DNA of 63,712 nucleotides, counting the filler. It is 7 parts of 7 records of this genome, joined end to end, with 100 filler letters (N's around TTAATTAATTAA, not from the genome) between each part and the next. Parts side by side here need not be neighbours in the genome. Positions count along the whole stretch, not along the records: positions 18,805 to 26,000 come from SRR20825010_1588; positions 26,101 to 44,087 come from SRR20825010_1589; 5 more parts are not named here. One strand, written 5' to 3'. The notes under the pieces are model-generated. The model was not told the DNA's origin and did no database searches. It saw only the letters and a program-made list of their open reading frames with translations. Shown one piece after another: positions 18,705 through 29,954 of the stretch. The position numbers were made by a program, and so were the translations under genes. Position 1 is the first letter of the stretch. Each line of letters starts with the position of its first letter.

Positions 18705-18804
18705 NNNNNNNNNNNNNNNNNNNNNNNNNNNNNNNNNNNNNNNNNNNNTTAATTAATTAANNNNNNNNNNNNNNNNNNNNNNNNNNNNNNNNNNNNNNNN
18801 NNNN
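18705..18804. other. artificial contig spacer
   Basis: N-run + TTAATTAATTAA (stops in all six frames) + N-run. Confidence 0.98.
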
Positions 18805-21296
18805 AAATTGAACCATGTTGAAACAGTAATCGTGTTGAATGTCTCAGTTAATGCTGCTGTTGCAATTTGTCCATCTACCCCATCCAAATAGTAGGCCGAA
18901 TTTTCGTTACCAAATCGGTCGGTAGCTAATGAAGCACCGCCAAGTGGAGCGGCATCATAACCGTTACCAGATTCATCATTTGTGTTGCTGTTGAAAGGGT
19001 AATAAGCGACTACCCCAGGGCAGTTGAATACGTCTCCGGTAATCTTCCAGCCATAATCCTCGATTAAAGAATTACGTGCAGTGCCACTTCCACAATAAGG
19101 CGCACCATTAGCACCAAAAACAACTCCAGTTGGAATTTGAGTTTCCCCTGCATCAAGGCTCGCCCAGCCAATCAGGGTATTGTCATAATTACCCAACGAA
19201 AGATTGGTTCCGCTGAAAATCCCATCGAAATTACCAACCTTGGAAATGTCCCAACTACTCAAATCCTGATCAAAACTGAGTGCACCCCAAAACACATATG
19301 GCATATTCAAAACGTTTGAAACATTCCAATTACCAATTGGCTGATTAAAACTTTCGGCATATTGGAACATTTGCGACATTTCTTGCACAGCGGACACATC
19401 CCAGCTGCTTATATCCTGATTGAAACTGGTAGCTCCGTTAAACATATTGTGCATATAGATGACGTTGGCCACATTCCAAGCGCTGATGTTGGTATTAAAA
19501 ACGATGTTGCTTTGGAACATCCCAGCCATGGATGTACAAGCCGACACATCCCAGCTACTAATATCTCCCATAGAAGAGGTGCCCGTATGAGCAAACATAT
19601 TATCCATGTTTTGTACATTGGCAACATTCCAAGAGCTTAAGTCCTCATTAAAACTCGCACTAAAAAACATGCTCGCCATACTCTCGACACTGGACACATC
19701 CCAATCTTTTAGATTGCCCCCTGTAAAAGCTAAGTTTTTAAACATGTGTGCCATGTTGGTAACTTGTGAAAGGTTTGGAGCATCCATCGCATTAATGGCA
19801 AATCCGTTTCGAACATCCCCGAAGGCACCTTCCATGGAACCCCAAACAATATCTCCCCATTGTTCTACGCTTCGTAATTCATCCGTGGATACACCTGAAA
19901 AATTATAATTTGCCATAAATCGGGGAAAATCACCGGTAATTGATACCGTTTTAATTCCCTGTGTAGCATAGGTATGTGAAACATTCCCTGTTTGATTGGT
20001 AAGTATTGTGCCGTCACCCCAGTCAATGTCAAAATCGTAAGCAACACCGTCAACAGCGGCTATTTCTATTGTTAAATCCGGGGCTGTAACTTCCCATGTG
20101 GTGATGAAGGCAGTGTTTGAGGTTTCCTGATAAAGCGCCTCGATTTCGGAACCTGAAAGAACGCGATTGTAGATGCGGATATCGTCGACGGCACCTTGAA
20201 AAGCCCAATTAGTGCCAATTCCAAATTCAGTATCAACTGCCGTATTCAATGCAATGTCCGATGTGGCATTCAGGACTCCATCCAGATACAGCGTCACCGC
20301 TGTTCCATTGTAGGTTACCGCATAATGATGCCATGCGTTATCACCATTAACACTACCATTCAGATCACCGTTATGCCCCCAAAACCACGTCTCATTCCCA
20401 CTGTTACGTCCAATTCCAAATTGCTGACCTTGGACGCTATTGGATCCATATCCAAAAAGTAATTTTGGTAAGTTAGTTTCAGCATCTACACGCATCCAGC
20501 CCATAATGGTCCTTGAATCCGATCCCGTAGGAAAGTTGCTTGTAGGCCCTGTGATATTATCATTGACCCCATCCAGCTGATACGCGGCATCAAGGTTACC
20601 AAACCGGTCAGTTGTTAGGGCTGATTCGAATACTGTTGCATGATTGGCATTGCCTGATTCGTCGTTGGCATTGCCATTAAAGGGATAGTAGGCAATTAAA
20701 TTTGCAGAGGAATTCGGCAATTGTACTTCCCGTATTGCCCTTGCATTGCCTATTGCCGATTTAGGGTCGTTATATTCATCCCCAGTATCAAAATATTTCC
20801 CCCAGGCACCACTCAAATTCCCCTCAGAAGAACTCCAATAAAACCCAGTCTGAAAATTTCCAATGGACTCAAGATGTAGGTTGGTATAAATGGCCCTTAA
20901 TTCGTCCATAGAAGGCAAAAACCAATCATCATATCCACTTGAGACAAAATCATCAGCCAATTTGGCTACATAAGTGCCTTCTCCTTGAGCCGCAATTATC
21001 GTTGAAGTATTAATTACTCCATCGCCAATAGCCTGACCTGTTGCTCCAATATCAATATTTGAACCGTTAGACCAGGCATTGAGTGTGGCTCCTGAATTAT
21101 TCAAATCAGTTGAAGCAGCTACCAAGCCTGTTAATCCATCCGGGGAAGTATAAAACACGTATCCTCCTTCAAAAAAATCACCAACCGAAACTTGAGCCGA
21201 TCCTGCCGTGAAGGAAAACAAAAGCGCAATCGTGAATGCCTGTGAAATCCGTTTGAATGTTGGATGAAATACTTTTTTAGTAAAAATGCTAATCAT
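18805..21296 (-). CDS. large secreted surface protein: DUF1566-like, LamG and DUF285/BspA-like repeats, then a second LamG (3' truncated)
   Basis: Signal peptide; GYDDWFLPS.DEL...YWSSSE; two AYYPFN.N.NDESGN...TDRFGN units; repeated WDVS.V..M..MF...FN units. Confidence 0.85.
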
Positions 21297-21343
21297 ATAT
21301 ATAGCGGTTATTTTTTATATCTGTTTTGCTCTTAGATTTCGGA

Positions 21344-22060
21344 TCAATTCCCCGGTATGGGTGGATCGGGCAATAAACTACCACCGGATTCCCCACCGCC
21401 TCCTCCGAGCAATACTACACCAGCCCCGGCAGCCAGCACTCCACCAGCCCCTACCACCAAAATCGCAGAACCGCCTTTGACAGAGACGAGGTGATCTTCA
21501 GAGTACAATTCATTTTGGTTCGTGGGAGTTACGCGGATTTCATACGATCCTTTAGGCATTTTCTTTGGAAGATCTGTCGTGTAGCTCGTTCCCCTGTGAT
21601 TTTTAACAATGGATTTGAACAAGGTATTGCCTTGATACATTTCCACATCGTACCAGCCCGAATCGTGGTAATCCTTCCAGGAAATGGTCACGGACTTGCC
21701 GCGCTTTAATTTGCTCCCCACAGTTGATACCTCCACCGGAAACAAAGTGGCCTCCGCTACAAATTTGAATTGGATAGACCCTTTAAAGTTGCCAATGACC
21801 TGCTTTCCGTCAAAGGAGACATCCATAGGTACTCCGGGTTTAATTGAAGCCAGGTTCAGCCCGAGCGCTTTAGTGTAGTTATCAGCAGATGAATATACTT
21901 TGAGGGCGTAATTCTCGCGTGAAGAATGATGATACTCAATAAGGCAGGTGAAAGAAACGGTTCCATCCGGCTTGACATCCAGGTTATTGACTCGCAGGTT
22001 CTGACCTTTGATCTGAAAGAACCCAAACACGATCAATGCGGCGATTAAGTGGCGTTGCAT
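21344..22060 (-). CDS. hypothetical exported protein with Gly/Pro-rich hydrophobic C-terminus
   Basis: Signal-like N-terminus MQRHLIAALIVFG (start moved to 22060); ends ...GGGGGESGGSLLPDPPIPGN. Confidence 0.7.
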   Translation of the reverse strand: MQRHLIAALIVFGFFQIKGQNLRVNNLDVKPDGTVSFTCLIEYHHSSRENYALKVYSSADNYTKALGLNLASIKPGVPMDVSFDGKQVIGNFKGSIQFKFVAEATLFPVEVSTVGSKLKRGKSVTISWKDYHDSGWYDVEMYQGNTLFKSIVKNHRGTSYTTDLPKKMPKGSYEIRVTPTNQNELYSEDHLVSVKGGSAILVVGAGGVLAAGAGVVLLGGGGGESGGSLLPDPPIPGN

Positions 22061-22339
22061 AGTTGATTTTAAGGTTAATGTGAGTGCATTAGAAACAAAC
22101 ACGCTCATTACTTCATCCCGGGATAGCACCCTATGTCAACACTTGAAATGGCGGATTTTCTAAAAATACTCACAAAATAACACGGAAGATAACAAAAGCT
22201 TTGATCTAATAGGACATTATATCTCCGAAATCAGGCAGGTCGAAAACCGCAAATAACCTGCTGTGGATGACGGTTTTAGCTCCAAAGTGTCGTATCTTTT
22301 TTGACCAGAATATACTGGTGACTGTAGCCGTGCACGCAT

Positions 22340-22362
22340 AAAAAAAGGCCCGACGGCCTTTT
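22340..22362 (-). terminator. intrinsic terminator
   Basis: AAAAGGCC-cgac-GGCCTTTT hairpin with a T-tract on the minus strand after 22384..23415. Confidence 0.7.
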
Positions 22363-22383
22363 CCTTATTTTGCTTCAAATCCC

Positions 22384-23415
22384 TTATGGAACGGCGATTT
22401 CTCCCAGATCATTCCAATTTATTTCCTCCCAGTCAAACACACCATTGCCTGAACCTTTCAAAAGTGCATCTAAATCCACCGAGAAAGTGATTGCGTCCCC
22501 GATTCCAAGTTCAATATCAGGGTCAATATCCACAAGCTGATTTATTCGAGCGCCCGTATAGTAGTCATAGTAATTCAAGCTAAGGGACTTGATCGTTTTC
22601 GGAAGCACGTAAAAATGCTTCTCCTGCTGCCAATCGAGGTACGTGTAGATGTAATTATAATCGTATTGTGGCTCCACAAATTCCCCATCCAAAAACGAAT
22701 AGTCCATGCCATCCTGCGTTTCGAATTGAAGCTCCAGCCAACCCTGATCTGTTGCCGAAGTGTTTGGCTTTTTTACGGTGATTCTAGCTGAGATATTCTC
22801 CATACTCATTACCAGCTCCTGATCATCTTCGTTCAGGTAAATCACCTCCTGGCCAACATATATCGGTCCTTGGCTTACGAACGAGTTGTCCAATCGGGGA
22901 GAATGTGTGAACACAGTGGAATCCGGATGGCCCCCATCGTTGTGCTTGCCATCGCCATTGCTTCCGTCTGTCTGACCATCATCCCCATTCTTGTAATAAT
23001 ATTGATAGTAGTAGAAGTCCGCTGTGGCAGCCAAAACGGTATATTCACCCACTCCCAGTTTTGGAATGAAAATGGTATCAGGGATAGATCTTTCGAAATA
23101 GTAAAAATCCATCGCCATATCTACCAATGAATCTTCCATGTAGTAGTAATCCATGTAATTGTAGTAGTGCTGCTCATAGGCCACCTTACCTTCCGAATCC
23201 AAAATCATGATGGTGAGGCTCTTCACATCCTCCGGGGTAGAGCTCGCCTGACGACCATTCGCCGGAGAAAAAGTATAGGTCAATGACTTGTTGATTCCGG
23301 TGATAAAAAAACCATGCTCTCCACTACTTAGTTTGTCCTGATCTTCCAGACCGGTGCTGCATCCAACCAGAATTAAAACGGCAACAATTGCCAGGGTGTA
23401 ATTTAATGTCTTCAT
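22384..23415 (-). CDS. lipoprotein, possibly FimB/Mfa2 (type V pilin)-like
   Basis: Lipobox LVGC; DVKSLTIMILDSEGK...L.VGEYTVLA pattern; Tyr/Asp-rich. Confidence 0.55.
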   Translation of the reverse strand: MKTLNYTLAIVAVLILVGCSTGLEDQDKLSSGEHGFFITGINKSLTYTFSPANGRQASSTPEDVKSLTIMILDSEGKVAYEQHYYNYMDYYYMEDSLVDMAMDFYYFERSIPDTIFIPKLGVGEYTVLAATADFYYYQYYYKNGDDGQTDGSNGDGKHNDGGHPDSTVFTHSPRLDNSFVSQGPIYVGQEVIYLNEDDQELVMSMENISARITVKKPNTSATDQGWLELQFETQDGMDYSFLDGEFVEPQYDYNYIYTYLDWQQEKHFYVLPKTIKSLSLNYYDYYTGARINQLVDIDPDIELGIGDAITFSVDLDALLKGSGNGVFDWEEINWNDLGEIAVP

Positions 23416-23534
23416 TTTAGGGCGATTTAATAACTAATAAAGTTACAAAATTTTGAAACAAATCTCTAAGCTTCCTATCTATGACACTTTCCCTTTATTT
23501 TTGGTTGGACAACCCACCCGTCATGTGAACAGCT

Positions 23535-25793
23535 ATGATCAAAAGTGCCTTCGTATCCACCCTCCTCTTCATTGCAATTAAGGCATTCCCCCAAATCACC
23601 GTGGATGGCACCATTTATGATCAACTCAATAACCACCCGTTAGTGGGTGCCCATATTTTCAGCCCTGTCGATTCTGCAGTTACAGACCATCTGGGCAAGT
23701 TTAAAATAGAAATAAAATCAAGACCTTCCGTTCTCCATTACACTTCCCTCGGGTATGCACGCGGTAGTGCAAACGTCACAACGGATGCCCCGATTATCAT
23801 CCGCATGGTTCCTGCCCAAGTGGAGCTGGACCAGGTGATTGTCAGTTCCGGGCTCAAAGAAGACAAAGTCATCAATACATCAGCCAGTGTGGCTTTGATC
23901 ACCGCCGACCATCTGAAACGAGACCAGCCGTTTTCCATTGTCAACTCCATGAACCGGATACCAGGCGTTTTTATGCATTCGGGCACGCTGAACACGAACC
24001 GGATTACCCTACGCGGAATGGGGTCGAGAAGCCTCTTTGCGACAGACAAGGTGAAGGCCTACTACGATCAGGTGCCACTCACCGATGGAAGTGGCAATTC
24101 GGCCATCGAAGATTTGGATCAAAGCCTGATGGAGCGTATCGAAATCGTGAAAGGGCCAAACTCCAGCACCTACGGATCTGGCCTGGGTGGAGTTATCATC
24201 CTTCGAAGCAAGCAACCTGAAATGGACGAGACAGCCATGAAGGAAAGTTTAACAATCGGATCTTTCGGCACAAAAAGATGGCTAAACCAATTTACCCACA
24301 ACACCAGTTCCCTATCCCTTAACCTTATCCATACCCTAACCGAATCAGACGGATATCGTGACAACAATAATTACAAAAAACAACAAACTGGCCTCACTGG
24401 ACGGCACTACTTTAAAAATGACAGCTACTTAAATTTTATCGGAGTTTACACCGACCTGTTTTCGCAAATCCCCAGTTCGCTAAATGAAGCCGATTTCAAA
24501 AACAATCCAAAAGCAGCAGCAGCCAACTGGAAGGAAGCCCAGGGATACGAGGACTATGAACGAAGTTTTATCGGGCTCAGCTACCACTACAAGCCCACCA
24601 AACACCTATCTGTTTCCCATGCTTTCAATTTTCAAAATAAAAACAATTATGAACCGGCTCCCGGCCCGTTTGTAAATATCATGGATGATCGCACGGGAGG
24701 CTTTGGCTCAAGAAATCTGATTCATTACAGCAAAGAAAAATTTACCCTGTCCGGAGGATTTGAGTTTTTCCTCGATCAGAATGAAATCCAAATGTTTCGA
24801 AACCTTCACTCACCTACCTCCAACGGAAGTATTAAGGGAGCGGAATACAGCCACCTGGAAGAAAAACGAGGCTATGTAAATAGCTTCTGTGAAATAAGCT
24901 ATCGTCCAACCGAAAAGATAAAACTGGTTGGGGGGCTCAATTTCAACAAAACAAACTACCGCTTATTAGATCGTTTCAACACTGGAACGGAAGACATTTC
25001 GGGTAGCTATGGGTTCGACGGCATTTGGTCGCCACGAATCGGATCGGTATTCCATCTCACTCCCAACGTGCATTGGTTTACAACTATCAGCCACGGGTTT
25101 TCCCCTCCCAATCTGGAACAAACCCTATATCCGGACGGTCAGATCAATACCGACATCCAACCGGAAACGGGCTGGAATTTCGAATCTGGCATCCGGGGAA
25201 CTGTGGGTGGCTTTTCCTATGACGTGGCTGCCTATTTCATGGACATCAAAAACCTGCTCGTAAATCAGCGAACGGAGGAAGATGTTTACATCGGGGTAAA
25301 TGCCGGAAGAAACCACCATTTCGGATCAGATGTCAATTTGGGATACATTTGGAAGCTTGAGAATGGTTCTGCATTGAACCTGTTTAGCAACCTATCTGTC
25401 ATGCATTTCCGATTCAAAGAATTCGTAAACGAGGAAATTGACTATTCAGGAAATAAGTTAACCGGGGTACCCGGCGTAACGGTGAACGCTGGAGTGGAAT
25501 GGATAAGCGCTACTGGCTTTTATGGAAATATAAACTCCCAGTACAGCGGGAAAATGCCAATAACGGATCAAAACGATATCGAATCGAAGGATTATCTCAT
25601 TGTCCGGTCTAAAGTCGGATATGCCATTCAAATCAAGAAATTCCAACTTGATTTGAATGTGGGAATAGACAACCTAACCAACAAGAAATATGCATCCATG
25701 CTCTTGATCAACTCAGGAACCGGGAGGTATTACTACCCCGGTTTGCCAAGAAATTATTATGGCGGTGTGAGCCTGAAATATCGCTTCCGGTAA
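23535..25793 (+). CDS. TonB-dependent receptor
   Basis: N-terminal carboxypeptidase-like domain, plug (RIEIVKGP.S..YG), C-terminal NLTNKKY...PGLPRNYYGGVSLKYRF. Confidence 0.93.
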   Translation: MIKSAFVSTLLFIAIKAFPQITVDGTIYDQLNNHPLVGAHIFSPVDSAVTDHLGKFKIEIKSRPSVLHYTSLGYARGSANVTTDAPIIIRMVPAQVELDQVIVSSGLKEDKVINTSASVALITADHLKRDQPFSIVNSMNRIPGVFMHSGTLNTNRITLRGMGSRSLFATDKVKAYYDQVPLTDGSGNSAIEDLDQSLMERIEIVKGPNSSTYGSGLGGVIILRSKQPEMDETAMKESLTIGSFGTKRWLNQFTHNTSSLSLNLIHTLTESDGYRDNNNYKKQQTGLTGRHYFKNDSYLNFIGVYTDLFSQIPSSLNEADFKNNPKAAAANWKEAQGYEDYERSFIGLSYHYKPTKHLSVSHAFNFQNKNNYEPAPGPFVNIMDDRTGGFGSRNLIHYSKEKFTLSGGFEFFLDQNEIQMFRNLHSPTSNGSIKGAEYSHLEEKRGYVNSFCEISYRPTEKIKLVGGLNFNKTNYRLLDRFNTGTEDISGSYGFDGIWSPRIGSVFHLTPNVHWFTTISHGFSPPNLEQTLYPDGQINTDIQPETGWNFESGIRGTVGGFSYDVAAYFMDIKNLLVNQRTEEDVYIGVNAGRNHHFGSDVNLGYIWKLENGSALNLFSNLSVMHFRFKEFVNEEIDYSGNKLTGVPGVTVNAGVEWISATGFYGNINSQYSGKMPITDQNDIESKDYLIVRSKVGYAIQIKKFQLDLNVGIDNLTNKKYASMLLINSGTGRYYYPGLPRNYYGGVSLKYRFR

Positions 25794-25825
25794 TCGCTGA
25801 ACCCGCTTTGCTTATTGCTTATTTC

Positions 25826-25999
25826 TCATTTCTCAAATCGCTTGAAAAGCGTAATGGCATTGTGTCCACCAAAACCAAAAGTATTGCTCAAAGCCACCTT
25901 CACATCTGTTTTCACGGCTTTTCCCAAAACAATATCCAAACCTTCTGGAGCTTCAGAATCCAATTCGGTTGTGTTGATGGTGGGTGGTACTATACCATC
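25826..25999 (-). CDS. fabF: beta-ketoacyl-ACP synthase II, 3' end only
   Basis: My translation: DGIVPPTINTTELD...VALSNTFGFGGHNAITLFKRFEK*; absent from the ORF track. Confidence 0.85.
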   Translation of the reverse strand, partial: DGIVPPTINTTELDSEAPEGLDIVLGKAVKTDVKVALSNTFGFGGHNAITLFKRFEK

Positions 26000-26000
26000 C

Positions 26001-26100
26001 NNNNNNNNNNNNNNNNNNNNNNNNNNNNNNNNNNNNNNNNNNNNTTAATTAATTAANNNNNNNNNNNNNNNNNNNNNNNNNNNNNNNNNNNNNNNNNNNN
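26001..26100. other. artificial contig spacer
   Basis: N-run + TTAATTAATTAA + N-run. Confidence 0.98.
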
Positions 26101-26101
26101 T

Positions 26102-26158
26102 CCTAATTTTGCAGTCTCTTTATCGGAGAGTATAACGAATCCCATCAAGTATTTATAA
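26102..26158 (+). CDS. 3' end of a probable Nif3-like dinuclear metal centre protein
   Basis: PNFAVSLSESITNPIKYL*; usual upstream neighbour of the zinc-ribbon coiled-coil gene. Confidence 0.6.
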   Translation, partial: PNFAVSLSESITNPIKYL

Positions 26159-26163
26159 AATAT

Positions 26164-26943
26164 ATGGCGAATAAGAAAGAAAGCACTGTAGAGGACAAAT
26201 TAAGGGCGCTGTACGATTTACAGCTTATCGACTCCAGAGTGGATGAAATCCGCAACGTTAGAGGCGAACTACCTTTGGAAGTACAGGACTTGGAAGACGA
26301 AGTTCTTGGTCTTAAAACAAGGTTGGACAAATTAAAAACGGACGTTGAAACCGTTAACTTTGAGATTACAGCAAAGAAAAACCTTATCGACGAGTCCAAG
26401 GCGCTTATCAAAAAATATAGCGAGCAGCAGAAAAATGTTAGGAACAGCCGCGAGTTCAATTCGTTGACCAAAGAGGTAGAGTTCCAAGAGTTGGAGATTC
26501 AGTTGGCCGAAAAGAACATAAAAGAGTTCAAAGCGCAGATTGAGCAGAAAAAAGAGGTTATCGCACAGACCAAGGAGAAATTGTCTGAGAGAGAAGGTCA
26601 CCTAAAACATAAAAAAGGTGAATTGGATGCCATTCTTGCCGAAACCGAAAAAGAAGAAAAAGCTCTTTTGAAAAAATCCGAAGAGTACGAAGAAAAAATC
26701 GAAGACCGTTTGGTAAAGGCTTACAAAAGAATCCGACACAACGTGAAAAACGGTTTGGCCGTAGTTCCTGTTGAGCGTGGCGCTTCCGGAGGTTCTTTCT
26801 TTACCATTCCACCACAGGTACAGGTTGAGATTGCTTCCCGTAAAAAAATCATCACCGATGAGCATAGTGGAAGAATCCTGGTCGACCCACTTTTAGCTGA
26901 AGAGGAGCAAGATAGAATGGAAAAACTTTTTGCGAAGCTTTAA
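26164..26943 (+). CDS. coiled-coil protein with C4 zinc-ribbon-like (DUF164) domain, Cys-less variant
   Basis: LYDLQLIDSRVDEI, a long coiled coil, then GLAVVPV...GASGGSF...ITDEHSGRIL. Confidence 0.85.
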   Translation: MANKKESTVEDKLRALYDLQLIDSRVDEIRNVRGELPLEVQDLEDEVLGLKTRLDKLKTDVETVNFEITAKKNLIDESKALIKKYSEQQKNVRNSREFNSLTKEVEFQELEIQLAEKNIKEFKAQIEQKKEVIAQTKEKLSEREGHLKHKKGELDAILAETEKEEKALLKKSEEYEEKIEDRLVKAYKRIRHNVKNGLAVVPVERGASGGSFFTIPPQVQVEIASRKKIITDEHSGRILVDPLLAEEEQDRMEKLFAKL

Positions 26944-26964
26944 GCTGGTCTAAAGTAAACTAAT

Positions 26965-26994
26965 AAAAAAGCCACCTTTTTTAGGTGGCTTTTT
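26965..26994. terminator. bidirectional intrinsic terminator
   Basis: AAAAAGCCACCT / AGGTGGCTTTTT between convergent genes. Confidence 0.85.
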
Positions 26995-27023
26995 CTTTTG
27001 ATATAAATACGTTTTAAATCTGC

Positions 27024-28373
27024 TTAACTGTCATTTAAAAGTGCCAATATTTTTTCCTCCACTTCTTTAGAGTCCCATTTTTCCTCAATATTGGGCATTT
27101 GCATCACCTGTTTCATAATTGTTTCTTGCATATCCCCTATCGCCAATGCTTCGGAATAAGGTCTATCCGAAAAAGTGACACGGCTATATACGGGCACCCA
27201 TTTTTCCGGATGCTTGGCAGCAAAGTGCTTTTCAATTTTCTTCTGTAACAAAAATTTTGGGTCGGCCGTTTTACTACTCATCTCCACAAAGTTTCTGTAA
27301 CTGAGCTCAGCAATCGCGTCCGCATTTGGCTTCCTTTCTTCTTGATATTCAGAAAAAATAGTATCCCAATCATCTCCATGCTTATCCATAAGCTTATTCA
27401 GCACGTAGATATCCTCAAAGCCAGCATTCATCCCTTGTCCATAAAAAGGAACTATCGCATGCGCAGAATCGCCTACCAGCGCCACTTTGTCCCAATAGGT
27501 CCAAGGGTAGCACTTCATGGTCACCATAGCACTTGTAGGGTGATTAAAAAAGTCTTTGGTAAGGTCTTCTATGTCTTTGCGCACGTTAGGAAAGTACTTC
27601 TTAAAAAACTCCCTAGCATCATTCTCTGTTTTTATGCTCTCAAAAGAAACCCCTCCTTCAAAAGGTAAAAACAAGGTACAGGTAAAACTACCATCAATAT
27701 TGGGCATGGCAATGAGCATAAATTCACCACGGGGCCAAATATGGAATGAGTTCTTGTCCAACTTATGTGTTCCGTCCTCATTTGCAGGTATGGTAAGCTC
27801 CTTGTAACCTACATCGATGAAATTCTGGGAATAATTGAACCTGCTACGACGCTGCATTTTATGACGAACACGGGAAAATGCCCCATCACATCCAAAAATC
27901 ACATCATACTGATATTCCTTCCATTCACTCTTTTCCGTTTCTCCTGTATAAATTTTAGCCTCGGGCAAATCCACGTCCCAGACCTTTTCATTAAATCTAA
28001 AAGTGGCTCCTTCTTCCTCGGCCAAGTCTATCATTCGCTTATTCAGGACACCTCGGGATATGGACCAAATGGCTTCTCCATCTTTACCATATTTTTGGAA
28101 ATACATGGGCTTATCGTTCACGTGCATCGCCCGTTTATCCAGTGGAATGGCAATATCCTTAATTTTATCTCCTATCCCAACCTCATCGAGCGAACGCCAG
28201 CCCCTATTGCTCATGGCCAAGTTAATCGACCTTCCTGAAAACTTGATAGTCCTAATATCCGGTCTCCTATCAAAAACGGTAACCGTATGTCCATTTTTTC
28301 GAAGATAAATTGCTAAAAGGGAGCCCACCAATCCGGAACCGATGATGGCTATATTTTTTGAAGTCTGTGCCAT
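27024..28373 (-). CDS. kmo: kynurenine 3-monooxygenase
   Basis: GSGLVG, GRSINLAMSNRG, HIWPRG.FMLIA and AHAIVPFYGQGMNAGFED motifs. Confidence 0.92.
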   Translation of the reverse strand: MAQTSKNIAIIGSGLVGSLLAIYLRKNGHTVTVFDRRPDIRTIKFSGRSINLAMSNRGWRSLDEVGIGDKIKDIAIPLDKRAMHVNDKPMYFQKYGKDGEAIWSISRGVLNKRMIDLAEEEGATFRFNEKVWDVDLPEAKIYTGETEKSEWKEYQYDVIFGCDGAFSRVRHKMQRRSRFNYSQNFIDVGYKELTIPANEDGTHKLDKNSFHIWPRGEFMLIAMPNIDGSFTCTLFLPFEGGVSFESIKTENDAREFFKKYFPNVRKDIEDLTKDFFNHPTSAMVTMKCYPWTYWDKVALVGDSAHAIVPFYGQGMNAGFEDIYVLNKLMDKHGDDWDTIFSEYQEERKPNADAIAELSYRNFVEMSSKTADPKFLLQKKIEKHFAAKHPEKWVPVYSRVTFSDRPYSEALAIGDMQETIMKQVMQMPNIEEKWDSKEVEEKILALLNDS

Positions 28374-28513
28374 AGATGCCCAATGGGCTGAATTCTGATT
28401 AAAAGAATAAAAATAAGCATTTTGTAGGTTAAACCGGGGAATCTGAATTATTCAAAAAGCTCTTTCAATATTCTGTTTAATATTTTTGTATTTTTATTAA
28501 ACAATAAAATAAA

Positions 28514-28663
28514 TTGACACATAAGAAACCGCATTTACCCACCAAAATATGTCCTGTTTGCAAAAGGCCCTTCACTTGGCGGAAAAAATGGGCCAAGGAC
28601 TGGGAACAGGTAATCTATTGTAGTGAACGGTGCAGAAAAAATAAAAACAAACATGAAGACTAG
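28514..28663 (+). CDS. DUF2256-family small protein
   Basis: My translation from [52 protein letters not shown]; below the ORF-track length cutoff. Confidence 0.85.
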   Translation: MTHKKPHLPTKICPVCKRPFTWRKKWAKDWEQVIYCSERCRKNKNKHED

Positions 28664-29951
28664 CCTTATTTGGTTCGGAAACAATCTACGTGTTCTTGAC
28701 AATGAAGCGTTGTATAGGGCTGCACAGTCCAATCGTGTGGTTGCCGTCTATTTTTTTGACCCCAGACAATTCGAGTTAAATTCCTTTGGTTTCAAAAAAA
28801 CAGAACGTTTCAGGGCGAAATTTTTACTGGAAACGGTACATCAGCTTCAAAAGAATCTAGAAGAACTCAACATTACCTTGCTCGTTTACCATGAAAAACC
28901 TGAAGACCGAATTCCCGAGTTGGTAGAACAATTCAATATCAATCATATTTTTCTTCAGCATGAGTGGACTTCGGAGGAGAACCAAGTGATTCAAAACGTT
29001 CAAGACCGTTTACCTAAGACCGTATCACTCCACAAAACATTCGACCAGTTCCTTTTTCATCCCGAGGACATTCCTTTTGATTCTTACTCACAGATTCCGC
29101 AGGTTTTTACGGTTTTCCGCAAAAAGTGCGAGAAACACGTTCAGGTAAGCCCTTGTTTTGAGAAACCGAAAGTATTTCCAAAGGAAAATCGGATAGGTCC
29201 CCCTAAAAATCTCCCTAGTTTACATGACTTGGGATTTTCTTCCTTTGATACGGACGATAGATCGGCCTTCCCTTTTATTGGTGGTGAAAACAATACGCTA
29301 CATCGAATGCAACATTACTTCTGGGATACCAAAAAACTGGCTTACTACAAAAAAACCAGAAACGGACTCGTAGGCACGGATTACAGTTCCAAATTTTCAC
29401 CATGGCTGGCCAATGGCAGTATTTCCGCCCGTACCATTTATTGGGAGGTAAAACGCTTTGAAAACGAAATCAAGAAAAATCAGGATACCTACTGGTTGAT
29501 TTTTGAACTGATATGGCGTGATTACTTCAAGTACGTTTCCTTAAAACATGGCAACCAGATTTTTAAAATTGATGGCATCCTTCAAAAGGAGTATGACTGG
29601 CATTCGAACGAAGCCGCTAAACGTGACTGGATCAACGGAGAAACGGATGATGACTTTGTCAATGCCAATATGATAGAGCTCAAAAAGACCGGTTGGATGA
29701 GCAACCGTGGCCGACAGAACGTGGCCAGTTATTGGTCCAAACATCTTACACAGGATTGGCGTATTGGAGCCTCCTATTTTGAAGCCATGCTCATTGATTA
29801 CGATGTGCATAGCAATTGGGGCAATTGGATGTACAACAGTGGCGTGGGGAACGACCCGAGGAACAGGATCTTTAATACCAAAAGGCAAGCAGAACGCTAC
29901 GACCCGAACAAAAAATTCCAGAGCCTTTGGCTCCAACCTACTTTATTTTGA
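28653..29951 (+). CDS. DASH-family cryptochrome
   Basis: [42 protein letters not shown] and [13 protein letters not shown] motifs. Confidence 0.93.
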   Translation: MKTSLIWFGNNLRVLDNEALYRAAQSNRVVAVYFFDPRQFELNSFGFKKTERFRAKFLLETVHQLQKNLEELNITLLVYHEKPEDRIPELVEQFNINHIFLQHEWTSEENQVIQNVQDRLPKTVSLHKTFDQFLFHPEDIPFDSYSQIPQVFTVFRKKCEKHVQVSPCFEKPKVFPKENRIGPPKNLPSLHDLGFSSFDTDDRSAFPFIGGENNTLHRMQHYFWDTKKLAYYKKTRNGLVGTDYSSKFSPWLANGSISARTIYWEVKRFENEIKKNQDTYWLIFELIWRDYFKYVSLKHGNQIFKIDGILQKEYDWHSNEAAKRDWINGETDDDFVNANMIELKKTGWMSNRGRQNVASYWSKHLTQDWRIGASYFEAMLIDYDVHSNWGNWMYNSGVGNDPRNRIFNTKRQAERYDPNKKFQSLWLQPTLF

Positions 29952-29954
29952 TTC

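Noticed and set aside
19250-19760. Periodic nucleotide repeats
   Set aside because: Coding repeats of the DUF285/BspA-like domain
20720-21180. DUF1566-like domain as a diversity-generating retroelement target
   Set aside because: No reverse transcriptase or template repeat in the contig, and the domain is N-terminal
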